Of a stretch of DNA of 64,000 nt, positions 11,069 through 21,509 are shown one piece after another (within the stretch, counting starts at the first letter, position 1; each line of letters begins with the position of its first letter). Source of the DNA: Promethearchaeota archaeon Loki_b31 (GTDB lineage Archaea > Asgardarchaeota > Lokiarchaeia > Sigyniarchaeales > SOKP01); NCBI GenBank assembly GCA_005222975.1, contig NJBI01000003.1:70962-134961 (forward strand), read 5' to 3'. The position numbers and the translations under genes are program-made. The notes beneath the pieces were generated by a model. That model ran no database searches. It was not told the DNA's origin and saw only the letters and a list, made by a program, of their open reading frames with translations.

Positions 11069-12754
11069 TTGACAGATGCCAATGAGAGTAATACACGTTT
11101 TATATTCATTACGGGAGGTGTAATGTCTGGTATTGGTAAGGGAGTTGTTACCGCTAGTATAGGAAAGGTGCTCCAATTCCGGGGGTTCAATATTTCGGTG
11201 GTTAAGATCGACCCTTACCTAAATGTTGATCCAGGAACGCTTAATCCAATTGAACACGGTGAATGTTTTATTACAGAAGATGTATGGGACTTTACACCTG
11301 TGCCAGAGTCAGACGAAAGATGTTATAAAATTTCTGAGATAGATCAGGACTTCGGGACTTACAGCAGATTTTTGGGTATCGAGATGCATCCTTCACATAA
11401 TATAACTTCTGGCCAGATCTATTTATCAACTATCTTAAGAGAAAGAAAAGGTAAATTCTTAGGAAAAACTGTACAATTAATCCCTCATGTGACTAGTATT
11501 ATAAAGAAAAGATTAATGGAAATTTCAGAAAGTGAGAATTTAGATGTATTATTAATAGAATGCGGCGGAACTGTAGGTGATTTAGAATCAAGTATCTTTT
11601 TGGAAGCTTTTCGACAAATTAAATTGGAGTACCCTCATCGTACGGCTTTAGTTCATGTAACTCTTGTTCCTTATTCTCGGGCAGTTGGTCAACAAAAATC
11701 AAAACCAACGCAACATTCTGTTAAAATGCTTCAAAGCGTGGGATTACAACCAGACATAATAATAGGTCGGACTGAAAAACCTTTAGCTGACGATATAAAA
11801 TCGAAAATCTCCCTTTACTCAAACATTCCAGAAGACGCAGTAATTTCAAATCCTGATTTAGATGTCGTATACGAATTACCTTTATTATTTGAGGAACAAG
11901 GATTAGGGGATTTTCTTTGTGAACTTATAGATTTAAAAGCAAAACTGGTTTCGAAACCAGTTTATTCCGAATGGGTAAAAATGGTAGAATTATACAAAAA
12001 CGCTAGTAAAACAGTAAGAATTGCGATGCCTGGCAAATATTTTAACATATCTGATTCGTATATTTCCATCAACAACGCCTTAGAACACGCAGCGGCTCAC
12101 CAAGGGTATAGGACTGAATTGAAAATGATAAATATTACCGAAGACACCAATATTGAAGAAGTATTAAGAGATTGTGATGGTATACTATTAACACCTGGTT
12201 TTGGAGAGAGGGCTGTTGAAGGGATGATTAAATCGGCGGAATATGCTATGGAAAAGAAAGTACCATTTTTAGGTATTTGTTTTGGTGCTCAGTTGTTTTA
12301 CATTGCCTTCTGTAGAAAATATTTAAGATTAACTGGAGCAAACTCCTCTGAAATAGTTCCTGATACGCCATATCCTGTGGTTGATCTTTTAGAAAGCCAG
12401 AAAGACGTGACTGAGAAAGGAGGAAGTATGAGATTAGGTTCTCATAAAATAATTGTTGAGAAGAATACTAAACTCTTTAACGCTTATAACCAAAAAGAAA
12501 TTAAAGAAAGGTTTAGGCATAGATATCATATTCAAGAAAGATTTATTACAGAAGAAGCCAAACTAAAAGGAATGATTGTATCAAGTAGAGATGAAACCGG
12601 GAAAATAATAAATAGCATTGAATTAAATCGAGACGACCATTGGATGGTTGGAACTCAATTTCACCCCGAATTTAAATCAAGACCATACGCTCCTAGTAAG
12701 TTATATTTTGATTTTATAAAAGCGTGTGTTGCTAAAAAAGCTGGAAATAAGTAA
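11069..12754 (+). CDS. pyrG: CTP synthase
   Basis: FITGGVMSGIGKG, KIDPYLNVDPGT, KSKPTQHSV. GATase motifs GICFG, RFRHRY, QFHPEF. Confidence 0.97.
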   Translation: MTDANESNTRFIFITGGVMSGIGKGVVTASIGKVLQFRGFNISVVKIDPYLNVDPGTLNPIEHGECFITEDVWDFTPVPESDERCYKISEIDQDFGTYSRFLGIEMHPSHNITSGQIYLSTILRERKGKFLGKTVQLIPHVTSIIKKRLMEISESENLDVLLIECGGTVGDLESSIFLEAFRQIKLEYPHRTALVHVTLVPYSRAVGQQKSKPTQHSVKMLQSVGLQPDIIIGRTEKPLADDIKSKISLYSNIPEDAVISNPDLDVVYELPLLFEEQGLGDFLCELIDLKAKLVSKPVYSEWVKMVELYKNASKTVRIAMPGKYFNISDSYISINNALEHAAAHQGYRTELKMINITEDTNIEEVLRDCDGILLTPGFGERAVEGMIKSAEYAMEKKVPFLGICFGAQLFYIAFCRKYLRLTGANSSEIVPDTPYPVVDLLESQKDVTEKGGSMRLGSHKIIVEKNTKLFNAYNQKEIKERFRHRYHIQERFITEEAKLKGMIVSSRDETGKIINSIELNRDDHWMVGTQFHPEFKSRPYAPSKLYFDFIKACVAKKAGNK

Positions 12755-12760
12755 AGCACT

Positions 12761-12952
12761 ATGATAGAAAAGAAATCAATTGATTACTGTTACCTTATAA
12801 GGAGCGGCCAATCATGCATAAAAGCACAAATATCAAAAAAATACTTACCTTATTACGAATGCGAATTATGTATATGGCGTATTCGGTCTGATAACCCACG
12901 TCATTTAAAAAGTCTTCAAAGAATTTATGAAAAATATAATCCTAATCTCTAA
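12761..12952 (+). CDS. Small Cys-rich hypothetical protein (possible Zn-binding)
   Basis: 63 aa, ATG 6 nt after the pyrG stop, Cys pattern C-x8-C-x14-CxxC. Confidence 0.55.
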   Translation: MIEKKSIDYCYLIRSGQSCIKAQISKKYLPYYECELCIWRIRSDNPRHLKSLQRIYEKYNPNL

Positions 12953-13166
12953 TTAATTTTTCTTGTAGTATCAACTAAATTTCTATAAACATATTCTCTA
13001 AAAGCCAGTTTTTTTAAAGAACATTTTTGTCTTAACCTAGAGGCGAAAAAAAGTTATTAATTATTTACCAAGCAGTTTTTATTTAACAGCTTAATAAATA
13101 TTCTTAAAAGAAATTAATAGCTATTTTTAATTTAAGGATATAAAATAAGAAGAATATATTTGTACA

Positions 13167-14312
13167 ATGCTTTATAAGAAAGAAAGACCCGCAATTTTAA
13201 TGCTTAAAGATGGTCGGTATTTTCAAGGAATTGGGTTTGGTGCGACAAAAACAATTTATGGCGAAATTGTATTTAATACTATAACGGGGGCAGGCTATAA
13301 TGAGACTTTAACGGACCCCTCTTATAAAGGACAAATCGTTGTAATGACACACCCACTTGTTGGAAATTACGGAGTTCCAGCCTGGGAAAAAGACGAATGT
13401 GGCATTAACAAATATTTTGAATCAGATTCAATTAAAGTAAGTGGATTCGTTGTAAACGAGTGTTGTAAAAATCCGAGCCATTACGAAAGCGTAAAGACCT
13501 TAAACGAATTTCTTTTAGAGGAAGATGTTCCTGGAATAGAATGGATAGATACTAGAGCGATAACTAAAATCTTAAGAGAAGAAGGTGTTCAAGTTGGATT
13601 ACTTGCGGTGTTTAATCCGGGTGAAAAACCCAAAATTGATGAGTTAAAAATAAAAGCCAAAAATGTGGCCGATCCGAATCTTAGACATTTAGCAAGCGAA
13701 GTTTCGACTAAAGAAGTCAAGAAATTTACCCCTCCTAATCCGAAAGGAAAAGTAATTGTAATTGATTTGGGAGTAAAACATAACATTCTTAGAAATTTAG
13801 TTAAAAGGAAAATAGAAGTAATTTTAGTTCCATATAACTATTCTTACGATCAAATTATGAGCTATAAACCAAATGGCGTACTCATATCCAACGGGCCAGG
13901 AGATCCAGCCATGTGCAAGAAAGCAATTGAAGTCGCTCGTAATTTAATCAAAAATAATATTCCAACAATGGGCATATGCTTGGGGAATCAAATAATTGGT
14001 ATAGCTGCCGGCGGATATTCTTATAAGTTAAAATACGGTCATAGAGGTGGAAACAAAACTGTTATTAATCCAATAACTAAGCAATGTTATATTACATCTC
14101 AAAATCATGGGTTTTGCGTAAAAGACTTTGAAAAGGGAGGTTTTAGCGAATTTCTTACTAACATAGATGATAAATCAAATGAGGGTATAATTCACGATAG
14201 TAAACCCATTTTTGCCGTTCAATTTCACCCTGAAGCCTGTCCAGGACCCTTAGATTCGTTGTATCTATTTGATAAATTTATCGAACAAATGGAGTTAAGA
14301 TTATGCCATTAG
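13167..14312 (+). CDS. carA: Carbamoyl-phosphate synthase small subunit
   Basis: TDPSYKGQI, SNGPGDP, GICLGNQ, SQNHGF, QFHPEACPGP. Confidence 0.97.
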   Translation: MLYKKERPAILMLKDGRYFQGIGFGATKTIYGEIVFNTITGAGYNETLTDPSYKGQIVVMTHPLVGNYGVPAWEKDECGINKYFESDSIKVSGFVVNECCKNPSHYESVKTLNEFLLEEDVPGIEWIDTRAITKILREEGVQVGLLAVFNPGEKPKIDELKIKAKNVADPNLRHLASEVSTKEVKKFTPPNPKGKVIVIDLGVKHNILRNLVKRKIEVILVPYNYSYDQIMSYKPNGVLISNGPGDPAMCKKAIEVARNLIKNNIPTMGICLGNQIIGIAAGGYSYKLKYGHRGGNKTVINPITKQCYITSQNHGFCVKDFEKGGFSEFLTNIDDKSNEGIIHDSKPIFAVQFHPEACPGPLDSLYLFDKFIEQMELRLCH

Positions 14313-17300
14313 ATAAATCGATAAAAAAAGTTTTAATTTTAGGCTCTGGGGGCATCCGAATTGGGCAAGCTGGAGAATTTGATTACTCCGGAAGTCAGGT
14401 TTTAAAAGCATTAAAAGAAGAAGGTATAGAAACAATATTAATTAATCCGAATATTGCTACTATTCAAACTGACCCTACATTATCTGATAGAGTATATTTA
14501 CTTCCCATTAACGTAAAATATGTTGAGGAAGTAATAAAAAAAGAGAAACCAGATGGTATTTTACTGGCATTTGGAGGTCAAACAGCTCTAAATGTCGGTG
14601 TGGAGTTAAAAGAACTTGGCATTTTGGAAAAATATAACATAAGAGTCCTTGGAACTCCTATAGAGGCAATTGAGGTCACTGAAGATCGGGAATTATTCGT
14701 AAAGGCTATGAATGAAGCAGATGCAAAAGTGTGTCAAAGTAAAGCAGTAACATCATATAAAAAGGCGATTGAAGTAGCTCAAGAATTTGGTTTTCCTTTA
14801 ATGCTCCGAGTAGCTTATACTTTAGGAGGTAGAGGTTCAGGTATCATTGATAATATGAAAGATTTCGAAAGAATGGCAAAAAAAGGGTTAGCCCAATCGA
14901 GGATTAATCAAATCTTAATCGAGGAATCCGTATGGGGTTGGAAAGAAGTTGAATACGAAGTGGTACGAGATTCTGCGGATAATTGCTTTATAAACTGTAA
15001 CATGGAAAATTTCGATCCTGTGGGAATTCATACAGGAGAGAGTATAGTGGTAGCACCGAGTCAAACATTAACTAACGAAGAATACCACATGCTTCGGTCT
15101 GCTTCAATTCGAGTTATTAGGGGTCTTGGGATCATCGGCGAATGCAACATTCAATACGCATTAAATCCTTTTTCAAAAGAATTTCGAGTTATTGAAGTCA
15201 ATGCTCGCCTTTCGAGATCTTCTGCGTTGGCCTCAAAAGCTACTGGGTACCCTTTAGCGTACATAGCTGCCAAATTAGCGATAGGATATACCTTACCAGA
15301 GCTTAAAAATAAAATAACGGGTATAACAACCGCTTGTTTTGAGCCCGCATTAGATTATTTAGTTCTAAAAATTCCACGATGGGATTTGACTAAATTTCAA
15401 AAAGTTGATAGACGCATTGGCTCTCAAATGAAAAGTGTAGGGGAGGTTATGGCAATAGGAAGAACATTTGAGGAAGTTCTTCAGAAAGCTATAAGGATGC
15501 TGGATATTGGAATGAAAGGATTAGTAGCAAATAATTTAGAACCAATTGAAGATGTCAATGAATTAAAATATACTTTAAGAAATCCTACGGATTTACGGCT
15601 ATTTAGAATCGCTGAAGCAATTAAAATAGGAATTTCAATCGATGAAATTTATCGTTTATCAAGAGTAGATAAATGGTTTTTGTATAAATTAAAAAATATA
15701 ATAGATCTTAACCGTCAAATCCAGGATATTGAATTGCTCGAATCAGATGATAATGAGAAAAAATATTGGTTAGAGCGCGCTAAAAGATTCGGCTTTTCAG
15801 ATGGTCAAATTGCTAAGATTATGGGCGTTGATACAATATTCATCCGACAAATGAGAAGAAGACTAAATATTCATCCGTATGTTAAAAGAATTGATACCTT
15901 AGCCGCCGAATGGCCCGCAGTGACTAATTATCTATATTTAACATACAGCGCATCGGAGCACGATATTAATTTTGAAAAAGAACATAATTCTAATCTTAAA
16001 AAAGTTATTGTATTGGGCTCGGGGACATATCGTATTGGCGCTTCTGTAGAATTTGATTGGGGCTCGGTCAATTGCTTATGGGGATTAAAGAAGTTGGGAA
16101 TCGACCAAGCAATAATGATTAATTATAACCCTGAAACAGTATCAACTGATTACGATATTTCAGATAAGCTTTATTTTGAGGAATTATCCGGAGAAAGAGT
16201 GTTAGATATCTGCGAACTCGAGAAAGCAGACGGTATCGTAGTATCCGCAGGGGGACAAATAGCTCAAAACTTAGCTTCAAAATTTTCTAAATATTCTGAA
16301 ATCTTTCGTAAAACAGGTATAAATATCTTGGGAACTCATGGAACCCGAATCGATATGGCGGAAAATAGGAGCAAATTCAGCACCTTATTAGATCAATTAA
16401 ATATAAAGCAACCTGAATGGAATGCATTGACAACAAACGAAGGAGCCATCGCTTTTGCGCAGAAAGTGGGGTATCCGGTACTCGTTAGACCTTCATATGT
16501 ATTAAGTGGTGCAGCTATGAGAGTTTCTTACGATGAAAATACGCTAAAAGATACTCTTGATCTCGCCGTATCCGTATCAAGTGAATACCCCGTTGTCATA
16601 ACTAAATTCTTTACAAATGCTAGGGAAATAGAGTGTGATGGTGTATGCGATGGTGAAAATGTATTTATCGGTGCTATTGTAGAACACATCGAGAATGCAG
16701 GAATCCATAGTGGAGATGCTACCATGACAATCCCTCCTCAAACAGTTTCCAATGAGGTTATTTCAAAAATTGAAAATTATACGAATAAAATTGCCTTAGC
16801 ATTAAAAATTCACGGTCCTTTTAATGTTCAATATCTCGTTAAAAATAGCGAAGTTTACGTAATTGAATGCAATTTAAGATCTAGTAGAAGTATGCCCTAT
16901 GTTTCGAAATCTCGAGGCATAAATTTAATGAGACTTGCAGCTGAAGTTATAATGGGAGAAAAGATTCCAAAAAGATTAATGAAACTTCCTATTGGAGATT
17001 ATGTATCAATAAAAGCTCCCATGTTTTCTTTCATGAGACTTGATAAAGCAGATCCGATACTTGGAGTTGAAATGGCGAGTACGGGAGAGATCGGTGTAAT
17101 TGCAGATGATTTTCCAGATGCCTTAATTAAAGCTCTTGAAGCAACGGAACAAATAATACCTATAGAAGGGGGAAACATTCTAATTTCAGTTGGTGGAAAC
17201 AAACTCAAGAAAGAAATTATTCCCTTAGCCAAAAAAATAAAAGATTTAGGTTTTACGATTTTTGCTACAGAGGACACGAAAAAAGCTTTAAACAAAAATG

Positions 17301-17614
17301 ATATTAAAGCTGTGAGACTTTATAAGGTCCATGAGCATGGATTGGAGCCTAATATCATGCAATGTCTGCAAGATGGGCGTATTGATATGGTCATAAACAT
17401 TCCTTTACCAACTACAATCGAGGAGAAATTTAAAACCATTATGGAAGACGAATATAAAATTAGACGCATGGCAGTAGACTACAATATTCCTGTAATAATT
17501 AATTTACAGCTAGCAAAAGCAGTTATCGACGCTATTAAAAACATGCGTGAAAAGAAAATTGAAATAAAGTCGCTTAACGAGTATCATCAAACGCTAAAAG
17601 AAGTGTATTGGTAA
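14303..17614 (+). CDS. carB: Carbamoyl-phosphate synthase large subunit
   Basis: IGQAGEFDYSG, two ATP-grasp halves and a C-terminal MGS domain. Overlaps carA by 10 nt. Confidence 0.98.
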   Translation: MPLDKSIKKVLILGSGGIRIGQAGEFDYSGSQVLKALKEEGIETILINPNIATIQTDPTLSDRVYLLPINVKYVEEVIKKEKPDGILLAFGGQTALNVGVELKELGILEKYNIRVLGTPIEAIEVTEDRELFVKAMNEADAKVCQSKAVTSYKKAIEVAQEFGFPLMLRVAYTLGGRGSGIIDNMKDFERMAKKGLAQSRINQILIEESVWGWKEVEYEVVRDSADNCFINCNMENFDPVGIHTGESIVVAPSQTLTNEEYHMLRSASIRVIRGLGIIGECNIQYALNPFSKEFRVIEVNARLSRSSALASKATGYPLAYIAAKLAIGYTLPELKNKITGITTACFEPALDYLVLKIPRWDLTKFQKVDRRIGSQMKSVGEVMAIGRTFEEVLQKAIRMLDIGMKGLVANNLEPIEDVNELKYTLRNPTDLRLFRIAEAIKIGISIDEIYRLSRVDKWFLYKLKNIIDLNRQIQDIELLESDDNEKKYWLERAKRFGFSDGQIAKIMGVDTIFIRQMRRRLNIHPYVKRIDTLAAEWPAVTNYLYLTYSASEHDINFEKEHNSNLKKVIVLGSGTYRIGASVEFDWGSVNCLWGLKKLGIDQAIMINYNPETVSTDYDISDKLYFEELSGERVLDICELEKADGIVVSAGGQIAQNLASKFSKYSEIFRKTGINILGTHGTRIDMAENRSKFSTLLDQLNIKQPEWNALTTNEGAIAFAQKVGYPVLVRPSYVLSGAAMRVSYDENTLKDTLDLAVSVSSEYPVVITKFFTNAREIECDGVCDGENVFIGAIVEHIENAGIHSGDATMTIPPQTVSNEVISKIENYTNKIALALKIHGPFNVQYLVKNSEVYVIECNLRSSRSMPYVSKSRGINLMRLAAEVIMGEKIPKRLMKLPIGDYVSIKAPMFSFMRLDKADPILGVEMASTGEIGVIADDFPDALIKALEATEQIIPIEGGNILISVGGNKLKKEIIPLAKKIKDLGFTIFATEDTKKALNKNDIKAVRLYKVHEHGLEPNIMQCLQDGRIDMVINIPLPTTIEEKFKTIMEDEYKIRRMAVDYNIPVIINLQLAKAVIDAIKNMREKKIEIKSLNEYHQTLKEVYW

Positions 17615-17641
17615 AATAAAAAAATCTAATTATTTGAATCG

Positions 17642-18127
17642 TTAATTTAGCGATTTTATTCTAAAATCTGTTTTAAATTTTTTAATTAAAATTTTTAAAA
17701 TTTCTTCTTTTGATTTCATTTTACCGTCATAAAAAATTTTGAACATTTTTTGTTGCGGATAGTATTCTATAGGATACTTAGAGCGATTGATATCGAAATA
17801 GAGCTCTAAATCTTCATAAATTCTTTTTATTATATATGTCCGATTTTCTATAGGTATTGGATTTAAAATTTCGAATTCTAAATCTTTTTTCTTTATAAGA
17901 TTCTCTAAAAAATGTTTTTCTTTCCTACTTAACCTTATTGACCTAAATTTCCAAAAATGCCCTATAGTCCACCAGCTAAAAGTATAAAGCAAAATAATCC
18001 ATAAAGAAGTAATATAAGCAGTTATTGGTGCACCCAAATTGAATAAGATCCAGTTAAATACGCCAAGGAAGAATCCACTAAAAACATAAGCTTTTATCGT
18101 CCACCATTTTTTCGACCTTTCCATCAA
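17642..18127 (-). CDS. Hypothetical membrane protein (2 N-terminal TM helices)
   Basis: Two hydrophobic segments followed by a soluble domain. GAGGGA upstream. Confidence 0.6.
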   Translation of the reverse strand: MMERSKKWWTIKAYVFSGFFLGVFNWILFNLGAPITAYITSLWIILLYTFSWWTIGHFWKFRSIRLSRKEKHFLENLIKKKDLEFEILNPIPIENRTYIIKRIYEDLELYFDINRSKYPIEYYPQQKMFKIFYDGKMKSKEEILKILIKKFKTDFRIKSLN

Positions 18128-18440
18128 CGAGTTCCCTCTATTTGTCGTTCTATATATTTCAAATTTAAGTTTAAATTTATTCCTTGCTTTTTAAATAATA
18201 TTATATCGGTTTTCTAATATTTATTAGTAAACCAAACTATTTATTTGTTTACCAAAAAAGAAACTTAAGGGTCTTTTTTTCATTTCGATTTTGGGTATTT
18301 GATAATTGGTGATAAAAGTATCTTATTTTATTGGATATGTTCTTTGAATAAGGCTTTGTCACGATCTTCATTCATTAAATTGTCAAATTGATAAGAAAAA
18401 TAAAAATTTTTATTTTTTTTTTCTTAGCATTTTTTTAAAT

Positions 18441-18456
18441 CGAAATCTTTTTAAGG
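18441..18456 (+). promoter_or_regulatory. Putative BRE+TATA promoter for the downstream structured RNA
   Basis: CGAAATCTTTTTAAGG, about 20-25 nt upstream of the first hairpin of the RNA candidate. Confidence 0.4.
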
Positions 18457-18473
18457 TTATGGTTTATTCTATG

Positions 18474-18855
18474 TGTTAGTTATTCAAAGTCATTCAAGCT
18501 AACAAATAATTTTGGTACGCCCCAGGTGTGGCAGATACCTCTGAAAAACATTGGCAGGACGGCGACAGAATGGACACCCTCCCATATCTTAAAACACTAG
18601 GCCATCGCTTTAGCGAGGAGCTTATAAATAAAAATTAGGGCACGACCCAGAGAGGCCGTCTAGTGGCTTTATAACTGATTCCATTTATATAATGGAATTT
18701 TTCGAAACATTGGCGCATGAGGGTAAGGATAAGGTAAATTTCAAACTAGGATTTACGGATGTAGCGGTAGCTATCAATTTTTTGAGGTTACAGCTCGTTT
18801 CAATCTAAGAAAAAAAGTTTAGTGATTAGAAGCGAACTTTAGTTCGCAAGGATTT
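18474..18855 (+). ncRNA. Unidentified large structured non-coding RNA candidate
   Basis: GC-elevated, ORF-poor island with many stems: 18474-81/18497-504, 18576-81/18719-24, 18595-603/18654-65, 18605-16, 18638-48, 18678-98, 18734-56, 18832-47. G-U wobbles favour the + strand. Ends in a long T tract. Confidence 0.6.
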
Positions 18856-18867
18856 TTTTTTTTTTTT

Positions 18868-19896
18868 TTATTGTTTTGACTTATTTAATTTAATCAAAAT
18901 AAACGGCACCAGATACGATAGAATGAACCCAATTATAGCATATCTTATATATCTGTAGAAAACTGAATCAAATACGCCTCTAAAAGCTTCAAGAGCAAAG
19001 TAAACTACAAAAATAATAACTAAACCGATTATTAAATTTATAATCTTCCATTTTAAAGTTAATTTACTCGGTTCGTAATTAATGTACTCATTCTCAAGTA
19101 CATATCCGATTCCAAGTCCTAACATTACTCCACAAACCTGAGCAAATCTACCTGTATCGGTAAAAGCAGGAGGTGTTGGAAGAAGGTTCAGATAGGATGT
19201 GGGAAATAAAAGTATCCCCAATAAAAAGAGAAATAAAGAGGTTATAATAACTATTATCAATTTCACTGGTAGATTTAATTTATTGAATTGTTTCGATCCA
19301 TAAGGCTCTAAATTAATAAATAACACTAAAATTCCTAATCCTATTAAAAATCCACCAATAACATCTTCAAGGTCATGCACGCCTATAATCATTCTTGATA
19401 TTGCAATTAGGAAAATGAGGATCCCCATAACTATAACGAAATAAAGCTTTTCTCGAAATTCATATGCGATATAGCCCCATGTTGCTACAGCAGATTGAGT
19501 ATGTGCTGAAGGAAAACCGTAGGAAGTTTCTATTAATCCATCAGGGTTTTCTGGTGTGATTTCTCCAGGATCAGTATTAGATAATGGTCGTGGATCCTGG
19601 AAAATATTCTTTAGGAATTCATTCAAATAGACAGTATATAATAAGCTCAATGCTAGATTTTTCGCAAATCGCTTATCATAGACGATAAAGAAAATTGCCA
19701 CCATTACTATGAATACAATTGGGTCTCCAAGAAAAGTAATTACTTTGAAAATAGAACGTACCGTAGAGGATTCACTATAAAACGCTTCATTGAAACCCAA
19801 AGCAAGAAATATAATTCCTATAATTAACACTGCAATAAAGATTACTCCAATAGTTATTAATTGTCTCTTACTTAGAATTTTATTACTTTCAGACAT
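18868..19896 (-). CDS. PAP2-family membrane phosphatase
   Basis: KNIFQDPRP, SYGFPSAH, SRMIIGVHDLEDV; multiple TM helices. Confidence 0.9.
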   Translation of the reverse strand: MSESNKILSKRQLITIGVIFIAVLIIGIIFLALGFNEAFYSESSTVRSIFKVITFLGDPIVFIVMVAIFFIVYDKRFAKNLALSLLYTVYLNEFLKNIFQDPRPLSNTDPGEITPENPDGLIETSYGFPSAHTQSAVATWGYIAYEFREKLYFVIVMGILIFLIAISRMIIGVHDLEDVIGGFLIGLGILVLFINLEPYGSKQFNKLNLPVKLIIVIITSLFLFLLGILLFPTSYLNLLPTPPAFTDTGRFAQVCGVMLGLGIGYVLENEYINYEPSKLTLKWKIINLIIGLVIIFVVYFALEAFRGVFDSVFYRYIRYAIIGFILSYLVPFILIKLNKSKQ

Positions 19897-20193
19897 AATT
19901 AATACCTTAATTTACATTGGTAAAATTAAATTGTTATAAGGATTAATAAATGTTTTGCAAAATAGATGAATAAAACAGAAAAAAAAGCTAAAACAATTAT
20001 TAATAGTTGGATTTTAATCGTTATTATATTTTGCCAACATTGAATTTTGTGTCCAATTCAAAATTTCTGCTTAAAATAAAAAACATTTTTATCGTTAATA
20101 GAAAGTTTGAAAAAGATTGAAAAATTAATAAAATTTTGCGTAAGTTAACGGTTTAAATATGAAGTAAAACAAAAACTATCAGGTGTCAGGCTA

Positions 20194-20475
20194 ATTTACT
20201 ATCGTGGATACATCTTAATTCGCTTGAAAATTATTGGAACGCAGTGGAAGATCGTAGAAAAATTAAATAATTTACAACCCAGAAAAGGTGAAGATTGGAG
20301 GATTACTTACGCATCCCCTACTTATGGCGGTTGGGATTTAATTGTAGAATGTATTTTTAATAATTTAGAAGATTTGGATAAAATCGTGTCCTTCTGTCGA
20401 ACTGATGAAGATTTAAAAGAGTGGATCGATGCTACAACAACTCTGATCAGCACAAAAAGAAATTTTGAAGAATAG
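20194..20475 (+). CDS. Stand-alone Lrp/AsnC ligand-binding (RAM) domain protein; probable ATT start
   Basis: YGGWDLIVE..LEDLDKIV..TTTLIS. The first beta strand (GYILIRLK) lies upstream of the TTG at 20224. AGGTG at 20181-85. Confidence 0.7.
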   Translation: MYYRGYILIRLKIIGTQWKIVEKLNNLQPRKGEDWRITYASPTYGGWDLIVECIFNNLEDLDKIVSFCRTDEDLKEWIDATTTLISTKRNFEE

Positions 20476-20498
20476 AGGTTTGTTTCTTATTTTATAAC

Positions 20499-21509
20499 TC
20501 AAATCAAATTATTAATAATTATCTCGGAAATGTCTGACGAGTATTCACCTGTTCTCCTGATGCTTTCAATTATAAATCCGATTTCAACCAGATACTCTGA
20601 ATTTGGATTAATTTTTATGGTATTACAGGCTTTTGTTAAGTTTTCAATGGATTCAATATTTTCATTTGCTAAATTTAAGTCATTTTGAAGCCATGCATCT
20701 AAACTCATATTTAATAAGTCCAAAGATATTTTACTTGCATTCATAATGTTTTTGTATAATCCCTTATCGATTTTTTGGTAATCTATAAGTAAAACATTTC
20801 GCGCGATTTTTACGGCGTGGTCCGCAATTCGCTCTAGAAATCGGCTTATGAATTTATAATTACTGGCATCTTCTAATGTAATATTTAATTTTTGGCACAA
20901 TATAATATCTCGTAATACAATATGAGCCTGACGCTCGACTAGCCAATTCAATCGATCAATTTCATCGTCACTTTCAATTACTTTTTCCGCTAGCCTTTTA
21001 TCCCCAGTTTCCAAGGCTTTAAGTGCGTCCTCGTGCATACCATTAGATAGGATATACATCCTCCTGATCGTTTTTTCAAATGGCATTTCTTTTGGGTCGA
21101 GTAAATCTTTTATTATAATATTATTATCTGTTTCCTCCATTATTTCAGTCCCTATTGTAATTTTTCTGAAATTTCTTATAGTATCTCTTATTTGTGACTC
21201 AATCTTTTTACTAGATTTCACTTCTATAATGTTATACCCCATGATATAAGCCCCAACTAATAATCGAAACAAGAAATCAGAGTCTTTAATCTCGTCAACA
21301 TCGAACTTCTTTTCTCTTACAAGTTTTTCTGAACTTATGTAAGGAGTAATAAGCAAATTACCATCTGGTTGTGAAAGGATTCCAATAGTATCTTTAGCCT
21401 GAATTCCGTGCTTATCAATCCATTCCCTTGGTAGACTAACGATATAAGTAGACCCACCCGTTTTTTGTACTTTTCTTGTTTCAATATTGAACGACATAAC
21501 TTTTTCCAC
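20499..21509 (-). CDS. phoU: AbrB-domain / PhoU phosphate uptake regulator
   Basis: ETRKVQKTGGSTYIVSLPREW (AbrB) plus PhoU repeats (DDEIDR, LERIADHA). Confidence 0.9.
   Translation of the reverse strand: MEKVMSFNIETRKVQKTGGSTYIVSLPREWIDKHGIQAKDTIGILSQPDGNLLITPYISSEKLVREKKFDVDEIKDSDFLFRLLVGAYIMGYNIIEVKSSKKIESQIRDTIRNFRKITIGTEIMEETDNNIIIKDLLDPKEMPFEKTIRRMYILSNGMHEDALKALETGDKRLAEKVIESDDEIDRLNWLVERQAHIVLRDIILCQKLNITLEDASNYKFISRFLERIADHAVKIARNVLLIDYQKIDKGLYKNIMNASKISLDLLNMSLDAWLQNDLNLANENIESIENLTKACNTIKINPNSEYLVEIGFIIESIRRTGEYSSDISEIIINNLI

Noticed and set aside
18570-18638. 22-codon ORF MDTLPYLKTLGHRFSEELINKN inside the RNA candidate
   Set aside because: Short, with no RBS or motif; expected by chance.
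18474-18855. RNase P RNA, SRP RNA, group I/II intron or a known riboswitch as the identity of the structured island
   Set aside because: I could not find GAGGAAnnUC-type P4 motifs, the SRP helix-8 CAGG..GNRA..AGCAG motif, intron core motifs, or TPP/FMN/B12 signatures on either strand. There is no + strand gene downstream to regulate.
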